From the human T2T-CHM13v2.0 reference genome, Homo sapiens: a stretch of DNA of 64,000 nt. The DNA lies in assembly GCF_009914755.1 (NCBI RefSeq), contig NC_060943.1. One strand, 5' to 3'. This document shows, piece after piece, positions 44,015-56,500 of this stretch; the stretch's first letter is position 1; each line of letters opens with the position of its first letter. Made by a program: the position numbers and the translations under genes. The notes beneath the pieces are model-generated. The model ran no database searches. It worked only from the letters and a program-made list of their open reading frames with translations, and was not told the origin of the DNA.

Positions 44015-44110
44015 CTGAGAAGCTGACTACTGTCTCATGTCTCTTCACATTCCAGGGCTCTTTTATTTGCTCAAAGCAGGATATCAGATCAGAGTTAGAG
44101 ACAGCAAGGC
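44015..44110 (-). pseudogene. KRAB-B exon of a KRAB-ZNF pseudogene fragment
   Basis: 96-nt exon with aaacag| acceptor and |gtaggt donor; translates (G)[31 protein letters not shown] with an open frame. Confidence 0.92.
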
Positions 44111-44613
44111 CTGTTTTGTTAGAAAAATTAGCATGACTTTCTGGGATCCTCCAGTTACCAACCTAGTACTATGTTCAGTAGAGAGGAGAGAATATTATGA
44201 AAGATTCTAGAAATTTAATTCCAAAATACTGTTTTCTGACAGAAACTTTTGAATATTTAAAACATACGTGACATTTCTGGGTCCTTAGCTCTACTATCCA
44301 ATACTGAATATAAAATTAGTGCTGGATATTGGATTTTAATATTTGTGCAACAGTATTTAATGCCACTGAATTTCTAGAATTATCATTAATCTAGAGTGAA
44401 GGATACAGATTAGCTCAAGAGAGGGGAAGGTTCCTATTAAGATAAAACATCTTGAAGATTTTCTTATCTATTCCAATAAACCTTCAAGTTTTTCTTAAAA
44501 GTACTGATCTAAAAATAATTTATGCAGAGCAAAACCTCCCAAAATCATTCTACAAAGGGAGAAAATAGAAGCCTGATGGTATATTAGAAAATCTGGGGTA
44601 TATTTATTCTCAC

Positions 44614-44738
44614 CGAGAGACCAGGTTTCTATAGTTCTCTAACATTGCATCTCTACACAAATTTCACTGAGCAGGATTCAGACATTCCCACTCCTCTTGA
44701 GAGAATTCTATGGCCAAAGCCTTGAATGTTAACATTTC
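44614..44738 (-). pseudogene. KRAB-A exon of a KRAB-ZNF pseudogene fragment (in-frame stop, 2 nt short)
   Basis: gtttag| acceptor and |gtgaga donor; translates [40 protein letters not shown]; TGA at 44664-44666; 125 nt versus the usual 127. Confidence 0.92.
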
Positions 44739-45119
44739 CTAAACAAACCCAAACACCCACACATATTTAGCAAATGGCCATGGGCAGAATTGTTAATTTT
44801 ACTCTAGGTGTTTGAGAGTTACAGAGACTGGAATTATCCAATAAAATATTGTTAAATAGAGAAAGATTCTGTAATATATTTTTGCATTCTGAGGAAAGAA
44901 AATGAAAAAAGATCCACAAAACCACTGTAGGTACTGTAGTTTTCTGAATAATACAGCATAAAATTTATGGCATAAACACAAGCATATACAGTTTTGAGTG
45001 CCATATTTACATTATACACAGTAAGTTCTGTCCAGTTCTCATATGGAGAAGTCACAGTAAGTTAGAAGGTACCTCTCCAATTTTAACGTATATATCAATG
45101 AGCTGCAGATTTTGTTAAA

Positions 45120-45210
45120 ATATGGATTCCAATTCAAGAGATCTGAGATGAGACCTGAGTTACTGCATTGCTAACAAACTCACCAATGACATAAATGATT
45201 CTAACTTAAG
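45120..45210. mobile_element. MER5-like DNA transposon fragment
   Basis: gattccaattcaagagatctgagatgagacctgagttactgcattgctaacaaactcacc resembles MER5A. Confidence 0.45.
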
Positions 45211-45340
45211 GAAAATAGTTTGTAAAACATCTAGTGATAGAACCTGGGTTTTGTCCCCATGTATATGACCAGTGAACAAAGATGACAGCCTTCATTTTCC
45301 AAAGCAAGATATAAACAAGAGAAACTATTAAGATAAGGGA

Positions 45341-45709
45341 TGTAAGAAAAATGGATGTGCTGTGGTCAATAATAAGCTGAGGTAAACATCTGGTTCAGCA
45401 TGACTCAGTGAGTTTGAGTGCAGGTGCACAATTCTGCTCATTATGTAACCTAGTTCTGTAAGCTCATACTTGGCTTTGAGCCACTATCGTGTGTAAGGAG
45501 TACACAGACAGGTAGACAGGAGGGGAAGAGAGAGAGTAAAGCCGCTGACCCTGCACACATGGCTCATGCCCAGGCTTCTGCCCAGAGAGATAATAAAGCC
45601 ATATCAAAACTGCCCACAATTCCTCGAGTGTTTTTCCAGCAACCCACCACTCGCCCACTGACTTCTATCAGACCTCAGCTTGGGCTGGAACCTGACACTT
45701 AGCATGACA
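45341..45709 (+). mobile_element. LTR18-like solo LTR (ERVL class)
   Basis: Starts tgtaagaaaaatggatgtgctgtggtc; contains the AP-1 site TGACTCA and AATAAA; ends ...ggaacctgaca(cttagcatgaca); aggga on both sides. Confidence 0.75.
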
Positions 45710-45909
45710 GGGGAGCTTTCAGATTAAATGTGATTGTTTCTGCACATTAGTCAGAAAGTCTCTCGAAAATACCTGTTAATAATACAGTTTTTAGAAAGTA
45801 ATTTTAAAGTGAAGAATTCCTTCAGGAAACATGCTAACCAAGTGAATAAAATGGACAGATTGGCATCAGGTGCGGATGCATATATGAGGATGCAACATGA
45901 CTTCTGTGA

Positions 45910-46237
<328 letters not shown>

Positions 46238-49200
46238 AAAAAACATAAATTATAATCTGAATCTAATCATGAAAAACATGTTTTATGCAAAGTTCAAGCC
46301 ACATATGATGCCCATGTTTTGTAATTTCTAGCAGTCTATTTAAATACTGTCTCTTTAGCATTCTAGAAGACACATTTCTTTGAATTAATTCCTTTACATA
46401 CACATCTTTCTAAATTATTCCAGGCTATTAATTCCATCCTTTTTCAGTGGGGATTTTAAAATTATGTTCTTCAGAGAGCTGATGAAGCATTCAGATGGAA
46501 CCTAAACGGTGCACTTTTCTCCCTCACTGATATCTGAGGACCCAGCAGCAACCCCAATAAGAATGTTTTATATCCCTGAAAGATTCTCCCGAAAACTTAA
46601 GGGAATGAATAACTCCTCCTTCCACAGGCCTAGTCCAAAGGCACAAAGCCCCTTGCACCAGCAGCGTGCGTCAGCAAGAGAGCGGAAGCAGGAACAGTTG
46701 GCAGGAAGACACATACCCCCTGAAGATCCAGAGGGAGGCCATCTGGGTACAGCAGCTGGACAAAAGAAGCTCCTCAGCCTCCAGTCGCCTGTCTGTGCAT
46801 GCCCCTCGGTCACTGATCTCACCTACCAGTAAGTATCCTGGGAGCCCAGTTAACAGGGAAAAATCCACACAGCCTCTCTTGCTCTCTCCAGTCCAAAAAT
46901 CCAATGTTGGCCCAAGAAGGCTCTGGCATGTGCCAGGCACTTGCTGATCTTTTGGTCTTAGGGGGATGCCTCTAAGCCATTTGATCCCGTTCTAGGAACA
47001 AAAAAGGCAGTGGTGACAATCGCTCCTTTTATCATCTCCCTCCAGCTTCCCAGGATGGTCCCCTTTTCCCTGTTCTCTCTAGCCTAACCTCGGTTATGGG
47101 AAATCTCAAGTTTTCCATTCCAAAGGACATCCTTCTAGGCTGCCTCATAAAAAAACCTACAAACCTCAGGCCTCAGTCAAGATATCCGTGCCTTGTCTTG
47201 TTTTACAATTCAATCTGGCCACAATACGAATTGGATAATGGGTCCAAATGGCCCACAAACGGAACATTGGACTTTACAATTTTAACTGACTTAATCAATT
47301 ATTGCTGATGACTGGAAAAATGAGGAGAAATTACTTATATCCAGGCCTTTTTTGCACTCAGATCACAACCCAACCTCTGCAATTCTTGCTCATGTGTTCA
47401 AATCCTCCTCCTCTGTTCTCACCACCCAGATTGCCTTCCTCTTCCCGACCCTACCTCTTTTTCCTCTTTGGATCCAGCAGACTGCTGTCCACCCTCCCAG
47501 CCCCTACCTCTCCCTCTCAACCATCTTCTTTCACCCCCAAGCCTTTTCTTTATCTTCTCAGCCACAATCTTCTCAGTCACCATCTTCTCAGCAGCAATAT
47601 TCCCAGCCACCATCTTCCCAGTCAGCAGTATCCACTTCTTTTCCTATATCGTCCCCTCCTCAGGACAATTCTAGTATTGCCTGTACCCACTGACCTCCCC
47701 CACCGCCCTCTCCTGAGGCTTGTAAACCCATCCCGCCACTTTACACTCCTATCTATCCTCCACTGCCTGTTAACTCAACCCCCCTCCCCTGTTCAAACCC
47801 TCAGCAGGAACCACTTCCAGGTTCCTCCTTCTCTCCCATCCACACTTGCTCAGGCGCCACCTTTAGCCCATGCCCCACTCTTACTTCAGCGGCTGTGCTA
47901 CAGTGCCCCCTTCAGGAAGTGGCAGAAACTGAACATGTTGTTAGAGTTCACATTCCCTTCTCCCTCACTGATATCTCTCAAATTAACAAAAAGACTCAGT
48001 TCATTTCCAGAAGACCCTACCTCTTATATTAGAGTTTCAGTACCTCACCCAGTGTTATGAACTAACTTGGCATGACCTCTACATTATCCTCTCTGCCACC
48101 CTCTCCCCAGAAGACGAGGACCGTATCTAGACCCCAGCTCAGGTGCATGCCAATACAATTCATCACCAGGCTCCTGCCCAGCCTACTGGTGCACAGGCAG
48201 TTCCCAACCAGGACCCCACTGAGATTATCAAGATGTGGTCCCTGGATGCCACCATCGAGACAACATGATTGTGTGTCTCCTTGCAGGACTCAAAAAGGGT
48301 GCCCATAAAGCGGTAAACTATGAAAAACTTTCAGAAATCACCCAAGGTCATAACAAAAACCCAGCCCTTTTTCTCTCTTGTTTAACTGACGCCATGAGAA
48401 AGTATACCAACGTAGACCCAGCTATCCCAGAAGGAACCACTAAACCTTTCTCCCTCTATACCGATGAATGGTGTGGAGTTGCAGTAGGTGTTCTAACCTA
48501 GTATAAGGGACCCACCCTCCAGGTTTTTGCCTACCTCTCTAAACTGCTTGAAGCCACAGTTCTCAGATGGCCTGTCTGCCTCTGAACATTGACGGCAGCT
48601 GCTGTCCTTGCCCTTGAAAGCCTAAACTATCTCTCCATGCCAACTTAACAGTTTATTCAATCCATAACGTCAAAGAAAGACATGCTAGCTCACCGCAGTT
48701 TCCTCTCTCCCCCACGGCTCCTCCAACTGTATGCTCTATTCATAGAAGCTCCGCACATCACCATGGTAACCAGCTCCCATCTAAACTTGGCCACGCCAAA
48801 GATCCTACATACTTCTGTATCAACACTGTTCAAACCTTTCTTATACCTTTTCCAAACCTAACAGACCAACCCCTTCCAGATGCCTCTTTACTTGGTTTGT
48901 AGATGGCAGCTCCTTCCTACATCAAGGATGCCGGCATGCTGGCTATGCTATAGTGTCACCCCCCCTACACACTGTTCAAGCCAATATGCTCTTCCTAGGC
49001 ACCACCTCCCAAAAAGCTGAACTCATCACCCTCATTCGAGCTCTCACTCTAGCAGCCAGTCAACAGATCAACATATATTTAAATTCTCATTATGCGTTCC
49101 ACATAGTGCATTCACACTCGTCCATCTGGAAAGAATGGAGTTTCCTAACTGCAAAAAAACACTCCTGTCATAAATGACTCTATCAGCAAGCTCCTTCAAG

Positions 49201-50122
49201 CTGCCAGACTCCTGCAGAAAGCTACCGTCATTCATTGCAGGGACCATCAAACCCCAGACAATCCTATTTTGGTGGGAAATCTAGCAGATAGAGAAGCCAA
49301 ACAAGTAGCCCTACAACCTGTACAAGGCCAGTTTCTGTGCCTGTCCTCGTTCTCTCCTCTTTACTCTCCAGAAGAAAAGGAGGACTACCAAGCCCAAAAC
49401 CTTCAAAAACAAGGACCATGGTATGTCAAGGAAGGGTGCTTCCTTCTTCCTCACTCTCAAACAATCTCTATCCTCCAAAGCCTCCACAACTCTTTCCATG
49501 TCAATTACAAACCTCTCCTGCAACTTCTCCACCCTATCCTCACTTGTCTTCACCTTTCCAGCCGTGTTTGAGAGATTACCCAGTCCTGCTCTATCTGCCA
49601 CTCAGTATCACCCCACAGTTCCCTTTGGCCACTGCCTTTTCCTACCCACTAAGCCCAGGGCCAGGTACCCAGGCAAGATTTTCAAGTAGACTTCACTCAC
49701 ATGCCACCCAATAATGGCTCTGCTATCTTCTAGTCTTTGTCCGTACTTTCTCTGGGTGAGCAGAAGCATTCCCAACAACTTCAGAAAGTGCAAATGTCAT
49801 CACACAAACTCTCAACATGCATATAATTCCCAATTTTGGACTGCCAACATCCATCCAGTCCAATAATGGGCCTGCCTTCCTCAGACAAATTACCCAAGGC
49901 ATCTCTATATCCTTAGGTATAAAATGGGTTCTCCACACACCCTACAGGCCTCAATCTTCAGGCAAAGTTGAAAAAAATTACCTCTCTTGTTAAACTCACC
50001 AAGTTGGCTCTAGTAACCCTCCAGTGGTGGACAAAAAAATCTCCCTTTTTCCCTCATGAGATTCTGTGCAACACCAAAGGCACACTCTTTTTATAGTCCC
50101 TTTGAAATCATGTATGGCTGAA

Positions 50123-51287
50123 TGTTGCGGGAAGTCAGGGACCCTGAACGGAGGGACCAGCTGAAGCCGTGGCAGAAGAACATTAATTGTGAAGATTTCA
50201 TGGACATTTATTAGTTCCCAAAATTAATACTTTTATAATTTCTTACACCTGTCTTTACTGCAATCTCTGAACATAAATTGTGAAGATTTCATGGACATTT
50301 ATCACTTCCCCAATCAATACTCTTATAATTTCCTATGCCTGTCTTTACTTTAATCTCTTAATCCCATCATCTTTGTAAGCTGAGGATGTATGTTGCCTCA
50401 GGACCCTGTGATGATTGAGTTAACTGTACAAATTGTTTGTAAAACATGTGTGTTTGAACAGTATGAAATCTGATTGTAAAACGTAGGTGTTTGAGCAATA
50501 TGAAATCAGGGCACCCTGAAAAAGAACAGAATAAGCGATTTTCAGGGAACAAGGAAAGATAACCATAAGGTCTGACTGCCTTATGGTTATCTCTATTCTG
50601 CAGTCTGACTGCAGAATACAGCCATATTTTTCTTCTCACAGACAGCCTATGGATGGACGTGTGAGTAGGATAAATATCACTGAATTCTTTTCCCAGCAAG
50701 GAATATTAATAATTAATAACCCTGGGGAAGGAATGCATTCCCAGGGGTAGGCCTACAGATGACTGTTCTGGGAGTGTCTGTCTTATGCGGTTGAGAGAAG
50801 GGATGAAATACACCCTGGTCTCCTGCAGTGTCTTCAGGCTTGCTAGGATTGGGAAATTCCAGCCTAGTGAATTCTAGTCAGACCAGTTCTCTGCTCTTGA
50901 ACCCTGTTTCCTGTTAAAATGTTTATCAAGACAATGTGTGCCTAGCGGGACATGGACACTCATTGGTAATTCTAATTTTGCCCTTGCCTTGTGATCCTGC
51001 TCTACCCTTTTGCCTTGTGATCTTTTATTGCCCTTTGAAGCATGTGACCTCTGTGACTCACTCCCAATTCGTACGCCCCTCCCCTTTTGAAATCCCTAAT
51101 AAAAACTTGTTGGTTTTGTGGCTTGGGGTCGCCATCATGGTCCTACCAATATGTGATGGCATCCCTGGAGGCCCAGCTGTAAAATTTCTCTCTTTATACT
51201 CTTTCCCTTTATTTCTCAGACCAGCCGACACTTAGGGAAAACAGAAAATAACCTACATTGAAATATTGGGGGCTGGTTCCCCCGATA
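50123..51287 (+). mobile_element. MER11 solo LTR (HERV-K11/HML-8) nested in the ERV integrase
   Basis: Starts tgttgcgggaagtcagggaccc, ends ggctggttcccccgata; 6-bp TSD GCTGAA/GCCAAA. Confidence 0.92.
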
Positions 51288-51742
51288 GCCAAACTTTTGT
51301 CTTGGGGCCTCTACCCTTCCCAGATTCTGAGCCATTCAGGAATTACCTCCCCTCCTTAATCCAGACATGGTCTTTCATTCGTGAAGCGGCAAATGAGGCC
51401 ATGCCCCTTCCTGTCAACACCTCCTTGTCCTCTCAACATAACTGTCTTGCAGGCACAGATGTGTTTATCTGCCAACCCGAGCCTCACAAAAACCTACAAC
51501 TGAAGTGGACAGGCCCCTACACTGTGATACGCAGCATGCCAACTGCAGTGAGAGTCCAAGGACTCCTCAACTGGATTCATCGCACTAGGGTCAAGCTCAC
51601 CCCCAAGGCTACTCCTTCCTCCAAAACATTAACGTGGGCAACACTCTCGGAGTACCTGTATGTAATAATAATTTAAAACAAACAAACAAACAAAAACAAC
51701 CATGATCCATAAAGGCAGGAGGAAGCCAAAGATGGCAACAGG

Positions 51743-52312
51743 ATGAATGGCCTCCGCAACGGATCATCGAATATTAACAGTCCTGCCACTTGGACTGAGG
51801 ATAGTTCATGGGGTTATTGCACTCCCATATATACTCTAAATATAATAATTAGACTACAGGGGGTTCTAGAGATAATCACTAACCAAACCGCCTCAGCCTT
51901 GGAAATGCTCACGCAACAAGAAAACCAAATGCGTGCAGCAATTTATCAAAACAGGCTAGCACTAGACTACTTATTAGCAGAAAAAGGTGGGGTCTGTGGT
52001 CAGTTTAATATCTCCAATTGTTGTCTTAACATAGACGATAACAGAAAAGCAGTACTAGAAATCACTTCAAACATCAGAAGAGAAGCCCATGTGCCAGTCC
52101 AAACCTGGAAGGGGTGGGGCCCAACAAATCTTTAAGGAGGGTGGTTCTCTAATTTAGGGGGATTTAAAATGCTGGTAGGACCAGTAATCTTCATCACTGG
52201 GTTCCTCCTGTTTCTCTCCTGTGTTATCCCACTAATAATAAAAGCCATTAAAACTCTTATTGAAACTAAAGTTAGCTGCCAGACAATCCAGACCATGCTC
52301 CTGCTACAATGA
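51743..52312 (+). pseudogene. ERV env TM remnant (immunosuppressive domain, cysteine loop, membrane anchor after a stop)
   Basis: ORF 51743-52135 contains [27 protein letters not shown]; after the TAA the same frame continues GGWFSNLGGFKMLVGPVIFITGFLLFLSCVIPLII. Confidence 0.85.
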
Positions 52313-52888
52313 CACGATGGATACCAACCCGTCTCTCAAGAATACCCCAAAAATTAAGTTTTTATTTTGCGAAGGTGCCCATGCCACCCCTATGTCATGC
52401 CTGAAGTAGTTATTGAGAAAGTTGTCCCTTTTTTCTATAACCAAATAGACAGGAATGAAAGATTCTCCCTGGGGTCTGAACGCTTAAGGGAATGAATAAC
52501 TTCTCCCTCCTCAGGCCCAGTTCCAAGGTGCAAGGCCACTTGTCCAAGTAGCGTGCATCAGCAAGATAGCAGAAGCAGGAAGAGATATGGCCAGGAGACA
52601 CATTCCACCTGAAGACTGAGAGGGAGGCTGTCCGGTACCATGTAACAGTTGCGTCAGACTGGGACACTTCCTTTTTACAGAGGACTATAAAACCCCTGCC
52701 CTGTCCTTACTTGGGGCTGATGCCATTTCAGGCCTCAGCCCGCCTGCACCGAGATGCTCATTAAAACAGTGTGTTGCTCCACATTGCCTCATCTTGTCTG
52801 TTGGCACGCTCTCAGGGTTCGAACCAATATAAGAGCCTTGCAATCCGCACCTGCCCAAGCTGATCTGTCAACAAAGAAAATACTTTCA

Positions 52889-53205
52889 TGCCGGGCACGG
52901 TGGCTCATGCCTGTAATCCCAGCCCTTTGGGAGGCCGAGGTGGACGGATCACCTGAGGTCAGGAGTTTGAGACCAGCCTGGCCAACATGGTGAAACCTCA
53001 TCTCTACAAAAACACAAAAATTAGCTGGGCATGATGGCGCATGCCTGTAATCCCAGCTACTTGGAGGCTGAGGCAGGAGAATTGCTTGAACCCTAGAGGA
53101 AGAGGTTACAGTGAGCCAAGATCACACCACTGCACTCCAGCTGGGGAGACAGAGCAAGACTCAACCACAGAAAAAGAAAAAAAAAAAAAAGAAAGAAAAG
53201 AAAAG
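52889..53205 (+). mobile_element. AluS
   Basis: Full Alu; TSD approximately aaagaaaatactttca/aaagaaaaatgctttca. Confidence 0.95.
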
Positions 53206-53589
53206 AAAAATGCTTTCAATACTTCAGGGTATAAATTCAAGTGAGTATTATTTGTGATATGTAAGAAGGCTGGATGGAGAGAGTTAAGGCTCTGATAAAT
53301 CGGGGAGAATTATTTTAAAGAGATCCTTTCACTGTCATGAGAAGAAAAGGGAAAAGGTAGTTAAAATAATCTTGTTAGGCAAAAGCATCAGAAGTAGAAA
53401 TGTAAATGATTGCAATTCTAAATACATGACATTGTAGAAGAAAATGTGAACAGTTTTGACCTGGGACACACTTATCTAAGAATCAACCATTTTTTCTCTC
53501 TTCTCTAATTCTTTCTCAGGTGAGATTATCTGAACAAATCACCACCTTCATCTTGAGAATGTATCTTCAAAGGCATTAGGATAGACCCT

Positions 53590-56500
53590 CTGAAGGAAAT
53601 AGACCGCTCCTGCAGGACCCGGGAGACACCCTAAATACTGTGAGTGCCCCAACTGCAGAAATGGGAAAGGGAGACCCTCCTCTCCTGAACACACACCCCC
53701 ATACAGGGTGGAGGAGGCAGTAGGGAGGCCCTGGGAGCTCGCTGAATCCCGAAGCAGCCCATTCCTGCTGGATACCACAGGAATCCATCAGGAGGGAGGA
53801 CAGAGGAGCAGGGTGTAAAACACTGAAGGGAGAAGGACTTCCCTAGCTCAACTTTGCAAGAATTTGAATGAGGCAAGAAGCCTCCTGGCCAGAACCCAGG
53901 GGAAGGCGAGAACCTGGCTTGCAGACTTCACAGGCAGGGAAAAACTAAAGCCCTGTTCTTTCCCAGCTGGGAGGCAGGAAGCCTTAAGAAATTTTCAAGC
54001 CCAACTTGCCCTCCACCTGGAAACAGACTCGGGGCTGTTGTGGGGGCAAAGTGAAAGTGAGACCCGCTCTTTGGTTTGCATGGGAGCTGAGTGAGGCTTA
54101 TGACTGCCGGCTTTCCCCCACTTCCCTGACATCCTGTATGACTCAGCAGAGACAGCCATAATCTTCCTAGGTACAAAACTTTAGTGACCTGGGAATCTCA
54201 CCCCCATCCCCCATAGCAGCCGCAGCAAGACCTGCCCAAGAAGAGTCTGAACTCAGACACATCTAGCACCTCCCGCACCCAATGATTCTTCCCTACCCAA
54301 CCTGGTAGTGGTAGACAAAGAACATATAATCTTGGGAGTCACACCACTGCACTCCAGTCTTGGAGACAGAGCAAGACTCTGTCTCAAGAAACCACACAAA
54401 ACACCAAACTATGCAGGCAACAAAGAGCATGATGAATGCAATGGTACCACACATTTCAATATTAACATTGAATGTAAATGGCCTAAATACTCCAATTAAA
54501 GGACACAGAACTGCAGAATGAATAAGAACTCACCAATCAACTATCTGCTGTCTTCAGGAGACTCAGCTAATACATAAGGACCCAAATAAACTTAAAGGGG
54601 TGGAAAAAGGCATTTCATGCAAATGGACACCCAAAGCAAGCAGGGGTAGCTATTCTTATACCAGACAAAACCAACTTTAAAGCAACAGTGATTAAAAGAG
54701 ACAAAAAGGGACATTATGTAATGGTAAATGGCCTGGTCCAACAGAAAAACATCACAATCCTAAACATATATGCACCTAACACTGGAGCTCCCAAATTTAT
54801 AAAACAGTTACTAATAGACCTAAGAAACAAGATAGACAGCAACACTGTAATAGTGGCAAACTTCAATACTCCACTGACAGCACTAGACAGGTCATCAAGA
54901 CAGAAAGACAACAAAGAAACAATGGATTTAAACTATACCCTGGAACAAATGGACTTAACAGATATTAGAAAACATTTCATCCAACAACCGCAGAACACAC
55001 ATTCTACTCAACAGTGCATGGAACTTTCTCCAAGATAGATCATATGATAGGCCATAAAATAAGCCTCAATAAATTTAAGAAAATTGAAATTATATCAAGC
55101 ACTCTCTCAGACCACAGTGGAATAAAACTGGAAATCAACTCCCAAAGGAACGTTCAAAACCATGCAAATTCATGGAAATTAAATAATCTGCTCCTGAATG
55201 AGCACTGGGGCAAAAACAAAATCAATATAGAAATAAAAAAATTCTTCAAACTGAGTGACAATAATGACACAACCTATCAAAACCTCTGGGATACAGCTAA
55301 GGTGATGAAGAGGAAACTTCACAGCCCTAAATGCCTACATCAAAAGGTCTGAAAGCAAAAACGGAAAATCTAAGGTCACAACTCAAGGAACTAGAGAAAC
55401 AAGAACAAACCAAACCGAAACCCAACAGAAAAAAAGGAAATAACCAAGATCAGAGCAGAACTAAATAAAATTCAAACAAAAAAATACAAAAGTAAATGAA
55501 ACAAAAAGTGCTTATTTGAAAAGATAAATAAAACTGATAGACCATTAGCAAGATTAACCAAGAAGAGAGAAAATCCAAATAACCTCACTGAGAAATGAAA
55601 CAGGAGATATAATAACTGACACCACTGAAATACAAAGAATCATTCAAGACTACTATGAACACCTTTACACACATAAACTAGAAAACCTAGAAGAGATGAA
55701 TAAATTCCTGGAAAGATACAACCCTCCTAGCTTAAATCAGGAGGCATTAGATACCCTGAACAGACCAAAAACAAGCAGTGAGATTAAAATGGTAATTTAA
55801 AAATTACCAACAAAAAAAGTCCAGGACCAGATGGATTCACAGCAGAATTCTACCAGATATTCAAAGAATTACTACCAATTCTTTTGACACTATTCCACAA
55901 GACAGAGAAAGGAGGAACCCTCCCTAATTCATTCTATGAGGTCAGCATCACCCTAATACCAAAACCAGGAAAAGACACGACCAAAGAAGAAAACTACAGA
56001 CCAATATCCTTGATAAACATTGATGCTAATATCCTTAACAAAATACTAGCTAACAATATCCAAAAACATGTCGAAAAGAATATCCAACAACATGTCGAAA
56101 AGATAATCCACCATGATCAAGCTGATTTCATACCAGGTATGCAGGGATGGTTTAACACACACAAGTCAAGAAATGTGATACACCACATAAATAGAATTGA
56201 AAACAAAAATCACATGATCATCTGAATAGATGCAGAAAAAAAAATTGACAATATTTAGCATCCCTTTATGATTAAACCTCTCAGCAAAGTTGGCATACAA
56301 GGGACACAGCTTAATGTAATAAATAAAAGCTATCTATGACAAGCCCACAGCCAACATAATACTGAATAGAAAAAAGTTGAAAGCATTTCCTTTGAGAACG
56401 GGAACAAGACAAGGATGCCCACTCTCACTACTCCTCTTCAACATAGCCCTGGAAGTCCTAGCCAGAGCAATCAGACAAGAGAAAGAAATGAAGGGCATCC

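Larger units (their letters stand above)
46577..52842 (+). mobile_element. Defective class I ERV provirus (MER48 LTRs / HERVH48-like): truncated 5' LTR, gag, RNase H-integrase, env TM remnant, full 3' LTR (52456-52842)
   Basis: Both LTRs start TGAAAGATTCTCCC (46577, 52456); TSD ATCCC/ATCCG; gag start MGNLKFSIPKD at 47096; MHR-like EITQGHNKNPALFLSCLTDA; RNase H SQKAELITLIRAL; integrase QVDFTHMP and SNNGPAF; env [17 protein letters not shown]. Confidence 0.88.

Noticed and set aside
47302-48060. 252-aa ORF in the ERV
   Set aside because: Off-frame reading of the C-rich gag region; the gag frame itself is broken by stops and frameshifts.
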